A stretch of DNA of 64,000 nucleotides, taken from positions 78,804,001-78,868,000 of the forward strand of contig OZ076409.1 in assembly GCA_964187785.1 (NCBI GenBank). Reading direction: 5' to 3'. A program made the translations under genes and the position numbers. Source of the DNA: Amphiscolops sp. MND2022 (taxonomy: Eukaryota). The stretch's first letter is position 1, and every line of letters begins with the position of its first letter. Below are positions 26,400 through 41,591 of this stretch, piece by piece. The notes beneath the pieces were generated by a model, which worked only from the letters and a program-made list of their open reading frames with translations, ran no database searches and had not been told where the DNA came from.

Positions 26400-27049
26400 A
26401 TGGCGTCAAACATTGACTCCGAGTCAATACCAAAGTGCATGACTTGCGAATACACGACAAGTTGCTCGATCGAGACACAACAAGAAAAGGTCACATAAAA
26501 AAGTCGTTAAAAAACTGGCTGCAACGCTGCTAGCAAAAACAGAAGTCTTAGAAAAACTGGAAGCTGCTAGCGAAGCAACACAGTGATCACAGCAGCTCCA
26601 TGGTTTTTCTACGAAGACGACAAGGAAATACTAATGGAAAACAATAAAAGATCACGTAAAAATATGCACTAAATGGATTTGGCAGAAACTGGGCTGGAAA
26701 AAAAATGTTTTTCCTGACGAAACGAACTTTTATCTAGACGGGCCGGATAACGGAGAACATACAGAAGGAACAAATTAAGAGATATCCGAAGTTTCAGATA
26801 CGAAAGACAAGCTGGAGGTGGTGGTTTAATGTTGAGGGGCATGTTTCTTCCCAATGGCATGCTTTGCGTAGAAAGATACAAGCAGAGTGACATCCACGGA
26901 AAACCATTCATTTTCATCTGGATTTGATATGGGAACATTGTCCTATTGGCCCATTATCAAAAGTTCCTTGACTATCTATTAAACAGTTTAGCGTCGACGA
27001 GTTCGAAAGGCGTGTTTTAGAATGGCCCAAGGTTTTTCGACGCACAGCG
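26400..27049 (+). mobile_element. Second, internally deleted Tc1 relic related to 958-2122
   Basis: FPDETNFYLDGPDNG and RQAGGGGLM motifs; right TIR ...cgacgcacagcg followed by TA. Left boundary approximate. Confidence 0.75.
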
Positions 27050-27414
27050 TATAGTGGAGTTTGGACGTTTTCTGCCATTCACAGAAATGACCAAAATAAT
27101 TTATGAAAACCTTTCCAAAACTTTGAATGCTCCATTTGGCCCGGCAGGTTGTATCCGAGTTGTTCACATTATATTCGAGGTATATTGCGTTTTTATTATA
27201 AAGGAGGCGGAGGTTAAAAATACTGCTCTCATATTTAAAATTTTGATGTTATTATTTTCCGAACCCGCATTTTATAAATGGGGGAGGAAAATCATGATCT
27301 GTGACGCGTTTTTTTCTTCCAAATTTTGCCAAATCTCCACAATCTCAACCTTTTGTTTAATTGACTATTTAATATAGCTACTAGTAACTAAAATAGTCAA
27401 GGAACTAAAATAGC

Positions 27415-27550
27415 ATACAGCGGGAATAATATCTAAAGTCAAAAAAGGGAATAAGATCTAAATCTTTAGGGGGGAATAAGATCTAGAAAGAATAAGATCT
27501 AAATTCACTAAATTTTAGATCTTATTCTTTAGATTCTATTCCCCCTCCCA
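27415..27550. mobile_element. Short MITE-like element built of GGGAATAAGATCTAAA subrepeats in both orientations
   Basis: Four direct and two inverted copies; related fragment at ~42372-42408. Confidence 0.5.
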
Positions 27551-27639
27551 AAATAGCTATGGCTCAATTGGTGAAGCGAACAGGGTGGAAACTCTTCGGG
27601 TGCTTAGCGGGCGTCTTGTTTCTTAAATAAGTTGTAATT

Positions 27640-28020
27640 TACTAAGGAGGAGGCAGATGTTCAAAAATGTCGCGCTGTATCGCAATTTTTGAAGGTAATC
27701 AGGAATTGGATGACTGTTTACTGAGGAGGAAGTTGAAGTTCGAAATTTTTGTCCTATATCCGAAATCATTGAGCTGTATCCGAAGTTTCGACGTTATATT
27801 CGAAGTAATTTGCGTCTGTGCTAAGAGGAGGCGAATGTTCAGAAAAAGCGCTTTCATTTGTCACAGCATCTCTATCCGAGTTTTTGGATATTTATTGTAT
27901 TTGAAATAAATTGAGTTTTACCAAGGAGGAAGTGGAGGTTCGAAATTGTTGCGCTATATCCCAATTTGTGACGTTATATCCGGAGTAATTTACGTCTTTG
28001 CTAAGAAGGAGGCGGATTTG
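27640..28020. repeat. ~80-bp minisatellite, same family as 3384-4223
   Basis: Repeated actaaggaggaggcgga.gttc / gacgttatat.cgaagtaa motifs. Confidence 0.7.
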
Positions 28021-29582
28021 TTTTTTTTGTTCCAATTAGGGATGTTTTTGGTGCTAGAGCGACAATTCATTTTAAGCGAGTCATGATGAAATTATTTCTG
28101 AAATGACAACGAACGTCATAATTGTTTGAAGCTTAATGACACTCAAAAGCGGCTTCTACGGGTCCCGCTCGATTTCATATTTTTCCGTTTTTGTAAAAAC
28201 AAAAAATAAGAATTCATATAATTTGTTTTAATAGGACTGCTTGCTATTTGGTTTGAAAATTACAGTGCATTATTTAGACGCATGATTACCTGCGTTCGAA
28301 TCCGACCCACAACTGAAGCTGATTGTTTGGGCGTTTTCGAAATTGAGCTACACAAAAACGATTTTATGATTAAAATGTATTTAATGAAAAGCAGCGCGCT
28401 GTAGCCTATTCTTTGACGTTTTTCGAATTATTTTATATTTTGTTAAAACGAAAGTGGGGCTGCAAAACCAGTTTAGAATTTCCGAGTTTTTTGAATCTTA
28501 ACCAGTTTTTTTTTCTTTTTAAAATTAAACAAACCAGTTATGTGGTTTCAATATATAACAATAAAAAAGCGCTTTATCCTAAATGGTGATTATGGTATAT
28601 CTGATTCACAGTTAAAGAAGATGACAGCGGTTCGAATGTAACAAGTTCCCATATTTTGGAACCATTCGATTTCAACTAAAAAAGAACCATTGTCTGGTAG
28701 AATGTACGTATGAATAACATTGTGCTTTATCCAGACTATTGACGTTGTGTCCGAATTTCATCAAATTTACTCAGGAAGACGATAAAAGAAAAACATTCAG
28801 CTGTCATTTCTAAAGCATTTTCAGTCGGCACTTTTTGGAGAAAAATGCCAGATGCTCAGAGTGGCAGTCTTTTCTATCAGATGCTATTTTCCATCAAAAA
28901 TCTTAATGAATAAATGAATGCCTTGACATCGAATTATTTTGAAAAAACTCGAATGACAAAAATCGAACAAAAAATCACGTTTTGCCACTACTGTAGATCA
29001 TCGGAAAAGTTGAAAGGAGTCGAATACGTTAGACGTACGGTACCCTCGGACATCACTGGCTTACAGGAAGAACACAAAGTGACTCATGTTGAAAAAAATA
29101 ACTCCCAGACTGAATCAATCCATCTTCAAGTTTTGAACCTAAAGACCATTTTGAAGATGGATCACTGAAGTATCAACGTATTGACCTTAGCCAATGTAGT
29201 TGATTTCGGTCATTCGGTCATCGAAAGAAATCCCAGCGCTCTCAAACATAAGTCAGAACTATGAGGTGGGGAGATGGATGGATCAGTTTGCACAGTCTCC
29301 GAACCTAAAGTTTGAATAGAACACATTTTCATCTGGCAAAATCAATCCGAACGTGCAATTTTGTTTCCATATTAGGGACTACGAACTTGCTACTGTGTTA
29401 TTCCTATTATTTAGCAAGTTCTGAAAGTAAGACACTCATCAAATTTTATTATTCGCTCTAAAACAAAGATGAAGCTCGATTTTTTCTCAACCAAAAAACT
29501 GCCTCTTGTAAAGAAGAAATTTACTCAATTAGATAATATAGAACCCCCTCCCCCGAATATTAGACGTCCCCGTTTATGGGAC

Positions 29583-32500
29583 TGTGGCAGAGCGCAAGTC
29601 GCTATCACCATAAACGCATCTAGACTTCTTTAACGTGTTGAAATGGAAGTGGCAGATTGTTTATCAACAAAACCCTAGAAGTCTAAATTACCATCAGAAT
29701 CAGTTGCCACATGGTCTTAACGTAATTTGCAGTTCAGTGATAGCAAACTACATCGTTTTCAATTAAGTTAATTTCAGCGTTAACATTGCGTTGCGAGAAT
29801 TGCCGAACAAAAAGATGTGACGACAGCAAAGAGCCCGTCAGCAGTAGCGGAGTTGTCAACCTTCTGGGATACGGCAGAAATCGCTCCGGAGATTGAGAGT
29901 AATGGTGGGACCCTTTTATGGTTGCTGCCAGTGCAAACAATTCAATATCGGCAGACGAAATACCACAAAACGTAATAAAAAGTAATTCCCGGATACCAGT
30001 TCTTATCAACAATCAGAATGAACATGCACCAGGAAAAAAATTGGCAGCCACAATATCTCCACGAAAAACAAAAGAGAACTGCGAACAAGTCTTCATAGAA
30101 CCACGAAACCGAACGTTAGATAGATTTAAATTCTATAGTAAGCAGAAGACGAACGACAATGGACATTTTTGGCACACTAGTCAGGAATAGCGACCAAATG
30201 CGACTTTGTTGACCAAACCGACAGCCTAATAATGGTTACATTTAACCAAAGCATGAAGAACAAGACGGTACAACAAATTTCAAGTACAGAACCGATGGGA
30301 AACCCCCAAGAAGCTTTTAGAGTCGCAGTAGCCTTTGAAGAAGGAGTCAATCAACACAAAACATTTGAAGTGGATCAAGAGAAACAAAACAAGAGCCAAT
30401 AATGAACACATTAGTCTTACATGTCCTCATCGGCAATAATGAAGGAATGCAACCATTTGTGTTGAACGGTAGAAGTAACAAAGAACCTTTTATTACAATG
30501 ATGATTCTGGATCGCCAATACCGATCTTCGCCCAAGAAAACCCGAGAAGAATTTTGTAAGTGGATGTGATAATCGCAAGACCAATGCCATAGAGTGAGCA
30601 ACATTTCGATTACAACAGCAAGCTGCTGATGTTTCTGACATTCACAACAGTCGATTTTCAGGTGGGAAAGAAGGGAATAGAGAACGCTGAAATAGTCATC
30701 ATGAGTGATGGAAAGAGGTCCTTGATAGGACGAGACTGAATGAGCCTGCTAAATTTCGCGTAGAGAAACGACAGAAAATAGTGAGTACACAAAACATTTT
30801 AAAACATTAATGAACAAAAAAGAGACCTAGATAAGATACGAAAAACTTCCCAGAACTGTTTAAAACGTAAAGAAAAAATAGAAGGACACAAAAAAGTAGG
30901 AAAGAAATTAAGAAAGATGCAAAAGTGACACAACGAAAACGACGTAGAATACCACTACAACTGCAAGCAGCCGGGGAAACAGAAATCGCGAATCGTGTAT
31001 AAAATGGTAAGTTCAGATGGCTTGAGGAAATAAACGATGAAGTATTTATTCAACCGAAACTGTCATAACGGTCATAACTGTCAAAAAGGATAAAACAGTC
31101 AAATTTGAACTAGATGCCAGATCTCTGGACAATGCCATTCAAAAGGACAATTATTAAATGCCGACCCTGGACAACCTAATGGAACAAACAGCTGGATTAG
31201 TCACTAGTGCAGAAGAAAGAAAAGCAATGTTCTCGTCATTGGACATTCTGTACGCAAATGGCCAACCAGAAAATGCAAGCAAATGCAAGACTTTCAAATA
31301 ACCGGGGGAAAAGTGACAGGCACATACGCGTTTAACACTGGATATTATGGACTGACAACAATGCCGCCAGAGTTCCAACAGATCATGGATAACATTCTAT
31401 TTAGTGTTCAGAACACATTTACGTTCGTCATCGACATCTTGATTGTTACAAAAGGCAGTAAAAAACAACATTTAGAAAAAGTGAAACAAGTCCAAAACAT
31501 TTTGGATGAAGCAGGAACTCAGCTCAAAGAAGATAATAGCTAGATTGTACTAACAGAAACTGAATAGCTAGGTTTCAAAATTTTAGCAAAATGAGTCAAA
31601 CCGGTCGACATATAAATTCATCCGGATTCAAAACGGATAAACCAAAGCGTAAGAATTTGAAAGAATTACGTTCATTCATGGGAGCAATCAATCAGAGGAA
31701 CCGATTCATACCAAACGTGGCACAACCTTGCGACCCACTAAGACCATTGCTGAATAAGAACACAACATGGGAGTAGAAAACAGAACGGACTGCTTTCCAA
31801 AAAATGAAAATGCGACACAAAATATTACAGAAATACCGCATTTCAAAAGAAACAAACCTCTAACAATTATCTGTGATGCCAGCAAGAAAGATTAGGGGCG
31901 GTTCTCCAACAGAAAACTGAAGAAGATTGGCAGGCAATACACTTTGTATCAAGATTTATAACCACTTTGAACAAAAATAATCTTTGATTGAATTAGAAAT
32001 ACTAGCAGTATGGTCGAAGGAGAACTTTAGAAATAATGTATCGGAAGAAGTTTTGAATTTGTATCGGACCATAAAGCAATAACTTCAAAACTAAAGAGAA
32101 GTATATTCAATCAGACAATTTCTAGTCGATCAACCAGGGTAGACAGGTTACTCCTTTTTCAATTAAAAGGAAGCTATGAACCAGGAAAAACACTAGGAAT
32201 GACAAAGTTTGTATCAAGACATTCATAGCCAAGTAATAACAATGGTACCATAAAGGCCGAGGAGTTGTGGAACAACTGGTTCACAGTAAATGAAGGTAAC
32301 GTGAATAAGCCTACTTTAGTGGAGCAGAAATACCACCGCAATCGGCCAATCACAATTGAGCTGGCGAAATCAAGCGAGACATCAATAAGTGGCGAGGCGT
32401 CAAGTGAGAGTAAACTAACGAAGCGAGCAAACAATAAAGAGCACGATTGCGTCAGTTAATTCAAGTGTCAGCAGCATTACGATACATGTCCCGCAAAAGT

Positions 32501-34823
32501 GGTAAACGATCGCTTGGTGTAAATAGTTTTTTGGATAAAATAGTCAATTACTGTAAATTTGTCAAAGACTGTAGTAATCCATTAGTGTAGTGGTGCAGCA
32601 AAGTGTAATATGAACGCGGTGAATTCCAGTCAAAATGCTGAGCTCTAAATTGGAATGAGCTCTAAATTGGAATGTTCCGATAGCGAGAATTACGAAACCA
32701 GCACGATTGAATTTGCATCGAAACCACCGCCAAACACATTTTTGTGTTACTGGATTAATCATGTCGAAATACTACAAACACTGGGCAATTATACATTTTC
32801 CGTCCATTTCGGAACAGATGAATTTATACAAAAGAAGATCGACCTAATTGAAAAGACTGACTCGACAAAATTAAGCCGCCTGCCAGCTCCCTCGAGAGAG
32901 AAATGCAAATGCTTTAGTCTGGATAAACACGATTCCTTTTTCTTTGGACGAAAGAATAGTAGTGCCCAAATTGTTACGACCCATTATCTTTCGAAGCCTC
33001 CATTACGGACACCCAGGCCGCGCGACAAAATGCTGCCAACGCCAAGTCGTGGGGATTGCCAGATCGTGCCCTACATGTCACATGTCCCACTGCCGGTAAG
33101 AACATAAACAATTTTCAGAACAAAACCAGATAGGAAAATTGCCAAACTGAACTGACCCTAATCGAGATATCAGCAACAGATTTCGCAGGACTATTCCAAA
33201 ATGCGATAGGAGCGAAGACATTTTTATTGATGTCAATACCTTAAGATACGGCAAAGCCAAATTCAAAGTTCTTGAGAAAACTGAATACCGAAAAAGTAAT
33301 TGAGTTTTTGAAAAAATACACAAGGCGGCATGGAATACCTCAAACAAAAAAAAACGAAAAACGTACCCGGCTACAATATTCCGAAAAAAAACGGTTCAAA
33401 GCATTTTGCAGAGAAAAGTGTGTAAGGCACATAGACTGTCCGATCGAGGTAAAGGGAAACTCGAAAAGCTAATCCGCACCATCAATGAAAATCTTAGAAC
33501 ATTTAAGCATATAGTGGTAAAAAAGATATTTCGGGTTTATCAGAAATACTATTTGCGCTCAGAATGAATCCATCAGCAAAGAAAAGGTCCCCATACGAAA
33601 ATTATACGGGGAGGGAACCAAACACGTTCAAACGAATAATAACTAACACCAATCGGGTGATAACAGAAACTCCAGCAGTCAACCTGGAGGAAGGAGACTT
33701 CGAATCTGGGCAAGACTCAGCAATACTCGTCAGAGGAAAAGCCAGATGCTCAAATTGTATAGAGCATACCCAAAAAGGAAAGAGGGAGTTTTTACAGCAA
33801 AGTAACCACGCGATAACATTCCTTACCGCAGGCAGGACACAAAGGTCCAAAAGAGACAACGGCAACTGGGAACAACAACCATGTGCTCAAAATAGTTCTC
33901 CAATAAACCAATAAGGGAGGCGCAACAAACACACGAAGTGCCTACTCATGACGAAATGGCTGATTCGGAAGAAGCGGCAACTGAACTGAGCTAACACGCT
34001 AAGAACGAAGTGGTCAATCAGGAGGAAGATGCCACATCCAAGCAGCCAATACAAACGAGTCAAGCAACCACACTCAAAGCGCTAAAGGAAAAGCCCAGTA
34101 AACCAAACAAACAGAAGAGACGAAAACAATCACAAAAGAAACGAACAAGAAAATTGGCACAAAACGAGGAAGAGTCAGAATCAAAAGACGAAATGACCGC
34201 AGAATCAAACGGAGGAAGGTGAGAAACAGAGGGAAGAAGGAGCGAAGGTAGGTGAGAAAGAAAAGAAAAAACCAAACTGAACAGCGGAAACAACCAACGT
34301 CGAAACCAAAGACGGAAAACAAAGCCAGAGTGAAAAGAAGAGAAGATGTAACAGAAGCCAAAACAAATCTAACTACTATGGCAACAACGTGATGGTAACA
34401 AACCTATCACAAAGTGACGGAAAAGAAGAACCAAAGAACTGCCAAACAACTCCAAATGGGCAAGAAATGGAAAACAAAATAAACGTTCCAAAACTTTCAA
34501 AACATTAAGGTGCTCAACTATCTATATACTTACACTAAGCATAAACGTTGTGTTTGTCCTGTTAGTTACCAGTATAATCACAAACAGATTGTAACGTTGT
34601 AGACCCACGATGTGCTCATGAATTTTGTGCGGGGGATGTGGCAGAGCTCATTGCACCATCACCATAAACGCATCTAGACTTCTCTAAAGTGTTAAAATAG
34701 ACGTGACAGATTGTTTATCACCACATCCGTAGAAGCCTTAACTAACATCGAATCAATTGCCAAATGTTCTTAACGTAATTTACAGATGAGTGTTTTCAAT
34801 TGAGTTAATCCTCAGAGCTAACA
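29583..34823 (+). mobile_element. Full-span but old Ty3/Gypsy LTR retrotransposon
   Basis: LTRs 29583-29785 and 34637-34823 (TGTGGCAGAG...TAACA), 5-bp TSD GGGAC on both sides, PPT ggggga. Broken PR (DSGSP), RT (FNTGYYGLTTMPPEFQ..TFVIDILI), RNase H (ICDAS) and integrase fragments. LTRs visibly diverged. Confidence 0.9.
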
Positions 34824-35339
34824 GGGACGCAACTTGGCGCATGCAATATACTAGGAGAAACACTAAAAAAGAATACCACAGCTGAATCCCGAGCAACATT
34901 AACAAATGTGTCGGTCAATGAATCAACTTCATCTTTTGAACTCTACTGCGCATTCAATATCGAATCAGAATTTGATGCCGTTTCTTGCAAGAAAGCAGTG
35001 TCAATGTGACACTGGTATTGGATAATCTTGACAGTGTATAAGGGCGCAAATGAAGCTGATTGTTACGTTAGGATGAAACTTCCTGATCAAATAAGGACCT
35101 TTATCTTTCAATTCGTTCTGCCAAAAAAAAAGTTTTTTAAACTGTTGTACTTCTCACTCAAAATTTGAAAATTCAACCTAATCAATTTATAAGAACAGAA
35201 CAAATAAGTTGATTGGATATACAAGATACATAAAAAAGACTTTTAAATGAATGTAACTAGAAAGTATCCAATCAGGACAGGAAAGACCGTGCCCTTAGAA
35301 CCCGATAATGGATGAATGAAGAAAACCTAGAAGCAATTG

Positions 35340-38300
35340 TTTTTTTTTTCAGAAAACAGTTCAAAGGTTCCGGCAAGATCATTCGCTTATCGAATGTATA
35401 AATTTCCATACTCAAAAAACAATGATATTAGCTCTCAGTTGTCACGTCATACAATAGATTAACACTTTCAACATATGACTTCATTTCTGCTTTAGTCATC
35501 TTCAATAAGTTTTGCGGTATCAAATTTTGCGGTATCAAAGTTCAACAAAAAGCTATAAATTTTCCGAAAAGAACTTTCAAGACATTTACGCTTGACGACT
35601 GTCCTATAATATTTCGAGGGAATATTGTTTCTTGAGCTCCCACAAGTTGGTAAATAGGACTCTTTGCATGTATGAGACTCTAATCTAATCTGTTTGAACA
35701 TCTCTTTTAAAAATTTCGAAATATACATTTCAAATATAGTCTGGATCTTGTGTTCGTACCAGAGGTTGTTTAAGTAATCGAACTTTCGCCTGGAAAATTG
35801 GCTCTAAGAATTGTGCGTTGAACTTTTTCAACTTTCATTGGGTTAATTTTAGCAGCAGTTCCATATAATATTGAAGCAAAGCTTATGACAGAGTTGGCAA
35901 ACGAATTATAGAACATCAAAAGCGAGGACATAGTGTATTGCTCTGGTATCTTACAAATTAGGCCACAAAACCTAATGAGTTTTTTAACAACAGAATCTTC
36001 GTGCTCACGGAATCTCAACGATCAATTTCGATGCAGCCCTAAGTGTTTGCATGACTTTTTATAAGTCAAAGGTTTTTCCAGAAGATGAGGCTCTTGTGGA
36101 ACTCCAATGACAAAAAAACATTTCACATTTCCCGACATTGATGGATAATTTGTTATAATTGAACCAGTTTGATAACCATTCAACATTTGGTTGTGAAACA
36201 AGTTCGCCTTTCTTCCCACTTTTCAAGAGACTTGTATCATCAGCAAACATGGTTACTTGACTTTCTTCAATGCCAGTCGGTAGATCATTTATGTATCAAA
36301 GAAAACGAAATGGCCCTATCACAGATCCTTGTGGGACACCCGTATTAATCATTCGTTTTGATGTTGTTCTCACATTGTGATATACAAATTGACCCCGGGC
36401 TTTTAAATAACTGGCAATAAGGCTCAAGATTTTCGCTCTGAAACCATAATTTTCCATTTTCTGTAAAAGTATTTCATGATTGGGTGCATCAAAGGTTTTT
36501 TGTAAATCAATAAAACAAGATTGACCTAACTGCTTCTTTTCTATAGCTGCACTTTTGTATTCAGTAACAGCGGCAATGGCATGCACGAAAGACTTTTTAT
36601 TTACAAAACTTCCTTATTGTTTTGTGTAACATATTTTCTAAAATTTTGCTCAATGAACTCAAAGACTGATTGGTTTGTAGTTTCCAGGGATCACCCTTTT
36701 TTTATAGGGGTAATACTTTAGCTGTTTTGAAGCAATCGGGAAAAATCCCTTCAATACAGTTGTTGAACAATGTTGCAATTTGAGGTTCAATTATGGGAGA
36801 GCAACACTTTAACATCTCATTACTTATCCCATCTTCACCATTCCTTTTCTTATTTTTCATGTTTTTAGGTTTTTTCGAAACTTTGAACTCATCAGTGGGA
36901 TACACAAACACGGTTTTCTTATAGTTGGCGATTTTAGCATTGTTCTCAATTATAGGTAACTTTGATGACAGGAATGGACCAACAAACACAGTGTAGTTAT
37001 TCAAATGGTGGAGATCAGGCACAACAGTACAATGATGTTGTGTTTGTTGAAATGTTTTTTGATTTTAATGTCCGGTATATATGTTTTGGACTTGGATTAG
37101 GACCTAGTTTTTTGAATTTAGATTCTTTTTTTGCAAGTCGTAGATTTTGGTTACTGCATGCCGTTGATTTTAATACTCGATATGATTTTCTCGTTTGACG
37201 ATCTCGTTTGACCATTGCGTTTTTAAGGCAATCTCGTTTGACCATTGCGTTTTTAAGTTCGTTGGTAATCCACGAGTTCGTTTCATTTTTATTGACAATT
37301 TTTTTTCCGGTGTAAACTTATCGATACAATCAACAATTTTTTTTACAATATCTGGGCTTTCATTTCAGTGCATAAGGTTGATTGAATTGTTTTGAGCTTT
37401 TGAACGAGTAGGTAAAAGATTCAAAGCATTATCGCCTTTCAAGTTCTTCATTTTTCTGACTTTTTTCCAGATCTTTTTTGTATGATTCACGAGAAGTAAG
37501 AAGAATTGATGCCGCAATTGTGAATAGAACACTTACAGTTTTTCAATCGTTTGCGTGTACAGCTCATTACCCGCAATCCAGAGATCTAAACAACTTTTCG
37601 TTGTTGGTGTAAAGCTAGTTGGTAGAGTGTTCTGTAATTTACAATAATTTGAATTAGGAAGATTTTCAAAATTGACTTTGTTATTATCAGTGATTCAAGT
37701 ATTTATATTGAAATCATCGAATATAAAACCTTCACAGCTGAGTGATTTTAGGAAAAACGGAAGCTCCTCGAATTTTGGTAAAACTTTGTCAGCCTGTACG
37801 TATCAGGACGATTGATTACACAAAAATTGATGGCTACATCGTGGTCGTACTTCACTTTTATTAGCTGGCACTCAATCTCAATGGAAGTTTCTATTGGCTC
37901 ATTATCTATTTCTTCTTTGATCTAAAAATCAACCCCGCCCGATAACTGTTTAAATTTTTTAGGAGGGTTCGAAACATTGGGTTGGTAACCATTGAATTGA
38001 AATTCTTCTAATTGGTCCTTTTCTGTCATCCAAGTTTCTGTAATTGCCTTCATTTCAGGTTTAGGTTTCAACGTTTCTAGTGGTACCAAAAAGTCTTCCA
38101 AATGATAATCTAAACATCGGATATTGAGCTCAAAAAAGGATTAAAAATCATTTTTGTTTCAACGTTTTCCGGGTTCTGAGCAAACAATGTCCAAATTTGA
38201 CACATGATAGATTTGACAGATGGTCAAAGGTTGAGTGTAGCCGTTGCTAGAGTTTGTAAATCATCTCAGTCAACTTCTTGGTGCAAGAGTTTCTTTGCAG

Positions 38301-38740
38301 GCGATTTTTCCTGAAGGCTTTCAACATAGTCCAGCATTTTATCATTGTCGCCTCTGAATGATTCCAGTTGTTTGATTATATCGACATCATTATTAAGGCT
38401 GCTAATTTGGAAAGGTCGCATGCCGGAAGAGGTTCTCTATTCCATTCTAGTAATAAGCGATGATGAAGATTACTCGAGGAATTCAGTAATTTCGTTTTGT
38501 TGGGACTCTAATCGTTTGCCCATTGGAATAGAAAAGTCTTAATTGTCTGATTTATATCTTGAATAGGATCTAATTGTTTTAATATTCCGGTAAAAGAAGC
38601 CATATTCAGCTGAGAATCAATTTTTTGAATCGCTAATTGATCTTAACTTTTGCACAGTGGTGACTGATTACGTAATCGTTTCAATTAATTCAATAGCGGC
38701 ATTTTAGGGAACAATTTCACAAAGCTCTACAAAGCTTACA
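35340..38740 (-). mobile_element. Decayed LINE (CR1/L2-group-like): APE endonuclease plus RT
   Basis: LNIRCL...AITETW (endonuclease, ~38030-38130), GEDGISNEMLK, IDLQKTFD..HEILLQKM, GVPQGSVIGP, MFADDT, KHLGL. Boundaries approximate. Confidence 0.85.
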
Positions 38741-38914
38741 ACTAAAAACAAGTTCATACAGGGTGGCCATCATGGCTTATTCTCGGCTTTTCAACCATGA
38801 TCATGGCCTTTTCATGGCATTACATTCGAATCATGGCTAGTCATCCAAGGTGATGTTTATTACAGTCGAATCATTCCTAATCGTACATGCTGACATTCAA
38901 ATCAAGGCTACATA

Positions 38915-39285
38915 GCTAATCATCCATGATCAAAGCTATGATGTGAACCCATCATTCGTTCATAAATATCCTTGATAGAAAACTGCATGATATGTTAACC
39001 ATTGAAGCTTTAGCAAATCTGAGATGCGTTTCAGCATAAACAAATCAGAAGTGTTCAAGAGGAACGAATTTTGTTTGCAGATTGTTTCCTGCCAACATCC
39101 TGCTAATCATCCATGATTAAGGCTATGATGTGAACCCATCTTTCATCCATAAGTATCCTTGATAGAAAACTGCATGATATGTTAACCATTGAAGCTTTAG
39201 CAAGAATGAGATGCGTTTCAGCATAAACAAATCAGAAGTGTTCAAGAGGAACGAATTTTGTTCAAATATTGTTTCCTGCCAACAT
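38915..39285. repeat. Tandem duplication (period 187 bp) inside a CATGAT-rich MITE-like relic (~38759-39610)
   Basis: 38915-39098 is nearly the same as 39102-39285; the host begins cagggtggcca (hAT-like TIR start). Confidence 0.8.
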
Positions 39286-41003
39286 ATGGGAAACAGCAAA
39301 CGTAAAATCAACGAAATTTTCAAAAAGTCAATTGATATTTTCTTGTTTAATCAAGTTCATAACTTTGTATTTACAAAAAAGAATCGCCCGAATTGGCATA
39401 CCGTCTCATATTTTGAACGTGTAACAATTAATCTCAGTTCACCATTTTCAATTTTACTGGTGTCTAAGGACGTTGGGACCTTCTCATCGGTTTCCATCAA
39501 TGATCCTCCATGATATCATGAATTTTCATCCATCATCATTCATGGCATCAATGATTTCCATCCATGAATCATGGATATCTTTCCATGATCATGGAATGAT
39601 TCTCAGCTTGGCGTCTACATTTTAGTAATGAGTATTTCCATCGCTTCTACATGGCAAGATCGATTTCGAAAAACGTCAATAATTTAGATAAAACACAGTT
39701 TTGGTCGTTATATACCTTATTTCAGAAAAGGGCACTTTACGAAAGTTCGCTGTTGCGAATTCCCGCGCTGGGTATTATTTGGTATGGAACAATTTCAGAA
39801 AAAGTACCTTCCAGGCAAAAAGAGTTTTTAAAACAAAAAACATGAAAAACTTTTAGTTGGTGGAGAAAACAATTTCAATTTATTTTAAAATGAAAGTCGC
39901 CCAGTGCAGAAAGTACTTCAAATGACTTCGTAGAAGCGAAAACTAACTTTCCTACCTGAAAACATCACAAACGGGAGAAGCAAACACCTAATGATATGAA
40001 AATCACTTTAGGAAAAATTCCACAATGCTGAGAAAAAACCTCAGCATTGCGTAAATAATGAATTCGCGAGTATTTTGGTGCAAATTCTATTGCGTCGTAT
40101 CTGACAAAGTTTTGAAATTTGTTTTTGGATAGCGCTACGTAGCCGTGTGATGAGATGCCTTGATGTTCAAGATCTTGTTAATATTTGTCAAAGTATGAAT
40201 ACTTGGCCGCATCTGAGAATTTTTATTATTTTGTTTGATTGATTGTGGTCTTAACTGCTGGCTAAAATTATTTTACGATAATGACAGCTTTTTTCTAAGT
40301 CAACAGTGACTTTCAGTTGGCAACATTTTCGCCGCTTTTTCTTGAACGTTGTGTTGACATTAATTTCTTGAGGTCTTTCTTTTGGCAACGCTGCGAACAT
40401 CTTTTGAATGCGCTCCAAATTAATATTAATCATCATTCCTTGTCATTTGTCTGAATTAACCTATCAACTACAAATTTTGCGCTAAATTTTTAAAAGACAT
40501 TTTGACAGCTGAGTGTCATGCCAGCATGATGGAAATATAATCTACTAAATATCTGTAATGTAAATATTATGTCTTATGTACTTAGATATGGGAAATATGA
40601 TGTCATAAAAAACGATCTATGGTTGTGAGCAACCCTACGTTACTTGCACCTAATCCCCTAATCCCCAGTGAGATTTGAGCTGTTTATTTATTTAATACTG
40701 AGCATTCTAGTTCCCTTTGTCCGCAATTCATGATCGTACTAATAAGCAAATGATGCTATTAAATATTTAATGGCTTGTCACGAGAAAGGAAGATAGTTTT
40801 CTCGGTCAAACTGGACCGCTAAATGGAGAAAAAAGAACTAACACTGTTAGTGAAACTCCTGCCTCAGAGCAAACTAACGCGACAAGTCTAATCTCACTCA
40901 ATAATCGATTGGAGCTACTAAAACGATGAATTCTGTGCTGAATCTCTTATTTTAGTACAAAGTAAACAGGTTTCATATATATTACATCGTCTGGACACAT
41001 AGT

Positions 41004-41271
41004 ACAGCCAGGAAAGAGAATTTAGAATGACGATGTGAAACCGATGGAACTTGTTATTTCTTCAATTGACGCTAACTCACACGACGATGTAAAACCGATG
41101 GAAATGTTTCATCGTTAATACATCGTTAATAATTTGTCAGTTTAACACGAATATACAAACGGTGAAGAAACGATGAAAATCTTTCATCGTTTAGACATCG
41201 CAGAGGACGAAAGTCACTGACGATGATGAAACGATGAAACCTCTCCGCCTATTGAATTACTCTCCCCTGCT
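41004..41271. mobile_element. Degenerate MITE with ACGATG/CATCGT subrepeats
   Basis: Many (a)cgatg(a) motifs in both orientations; weak terminal inversion caggaaagagaatt / aattactctcccctg. Confidence 0.4.
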
Positions 41272-41591
41272 CACACGGTTCATCGTTTTCACATCTAGTT
41301 GATCATACAGACCACCGACTAGACCCCTTTCATCTATATTTCATCTTCCAACAAATCATCATTTACGCATCCCTATATTTAAGAACTTGAATCCTGTCCA
41401 TTTTAGACATTAATTTAGCGCACTTGCAGTAACTGTCATGACTCAGAGAGCGCCTGCTGGCATTAGTTCATTATAAACTCATGATAATTGGTTCGAATTG
41501 ATTTAGTGCGCAATTTCTAATTGGTAGCCCTCTTACGACATGCAGAACAACCGGTCACGTGACCAAGTGCTAATTAGCACCATACCCAACT

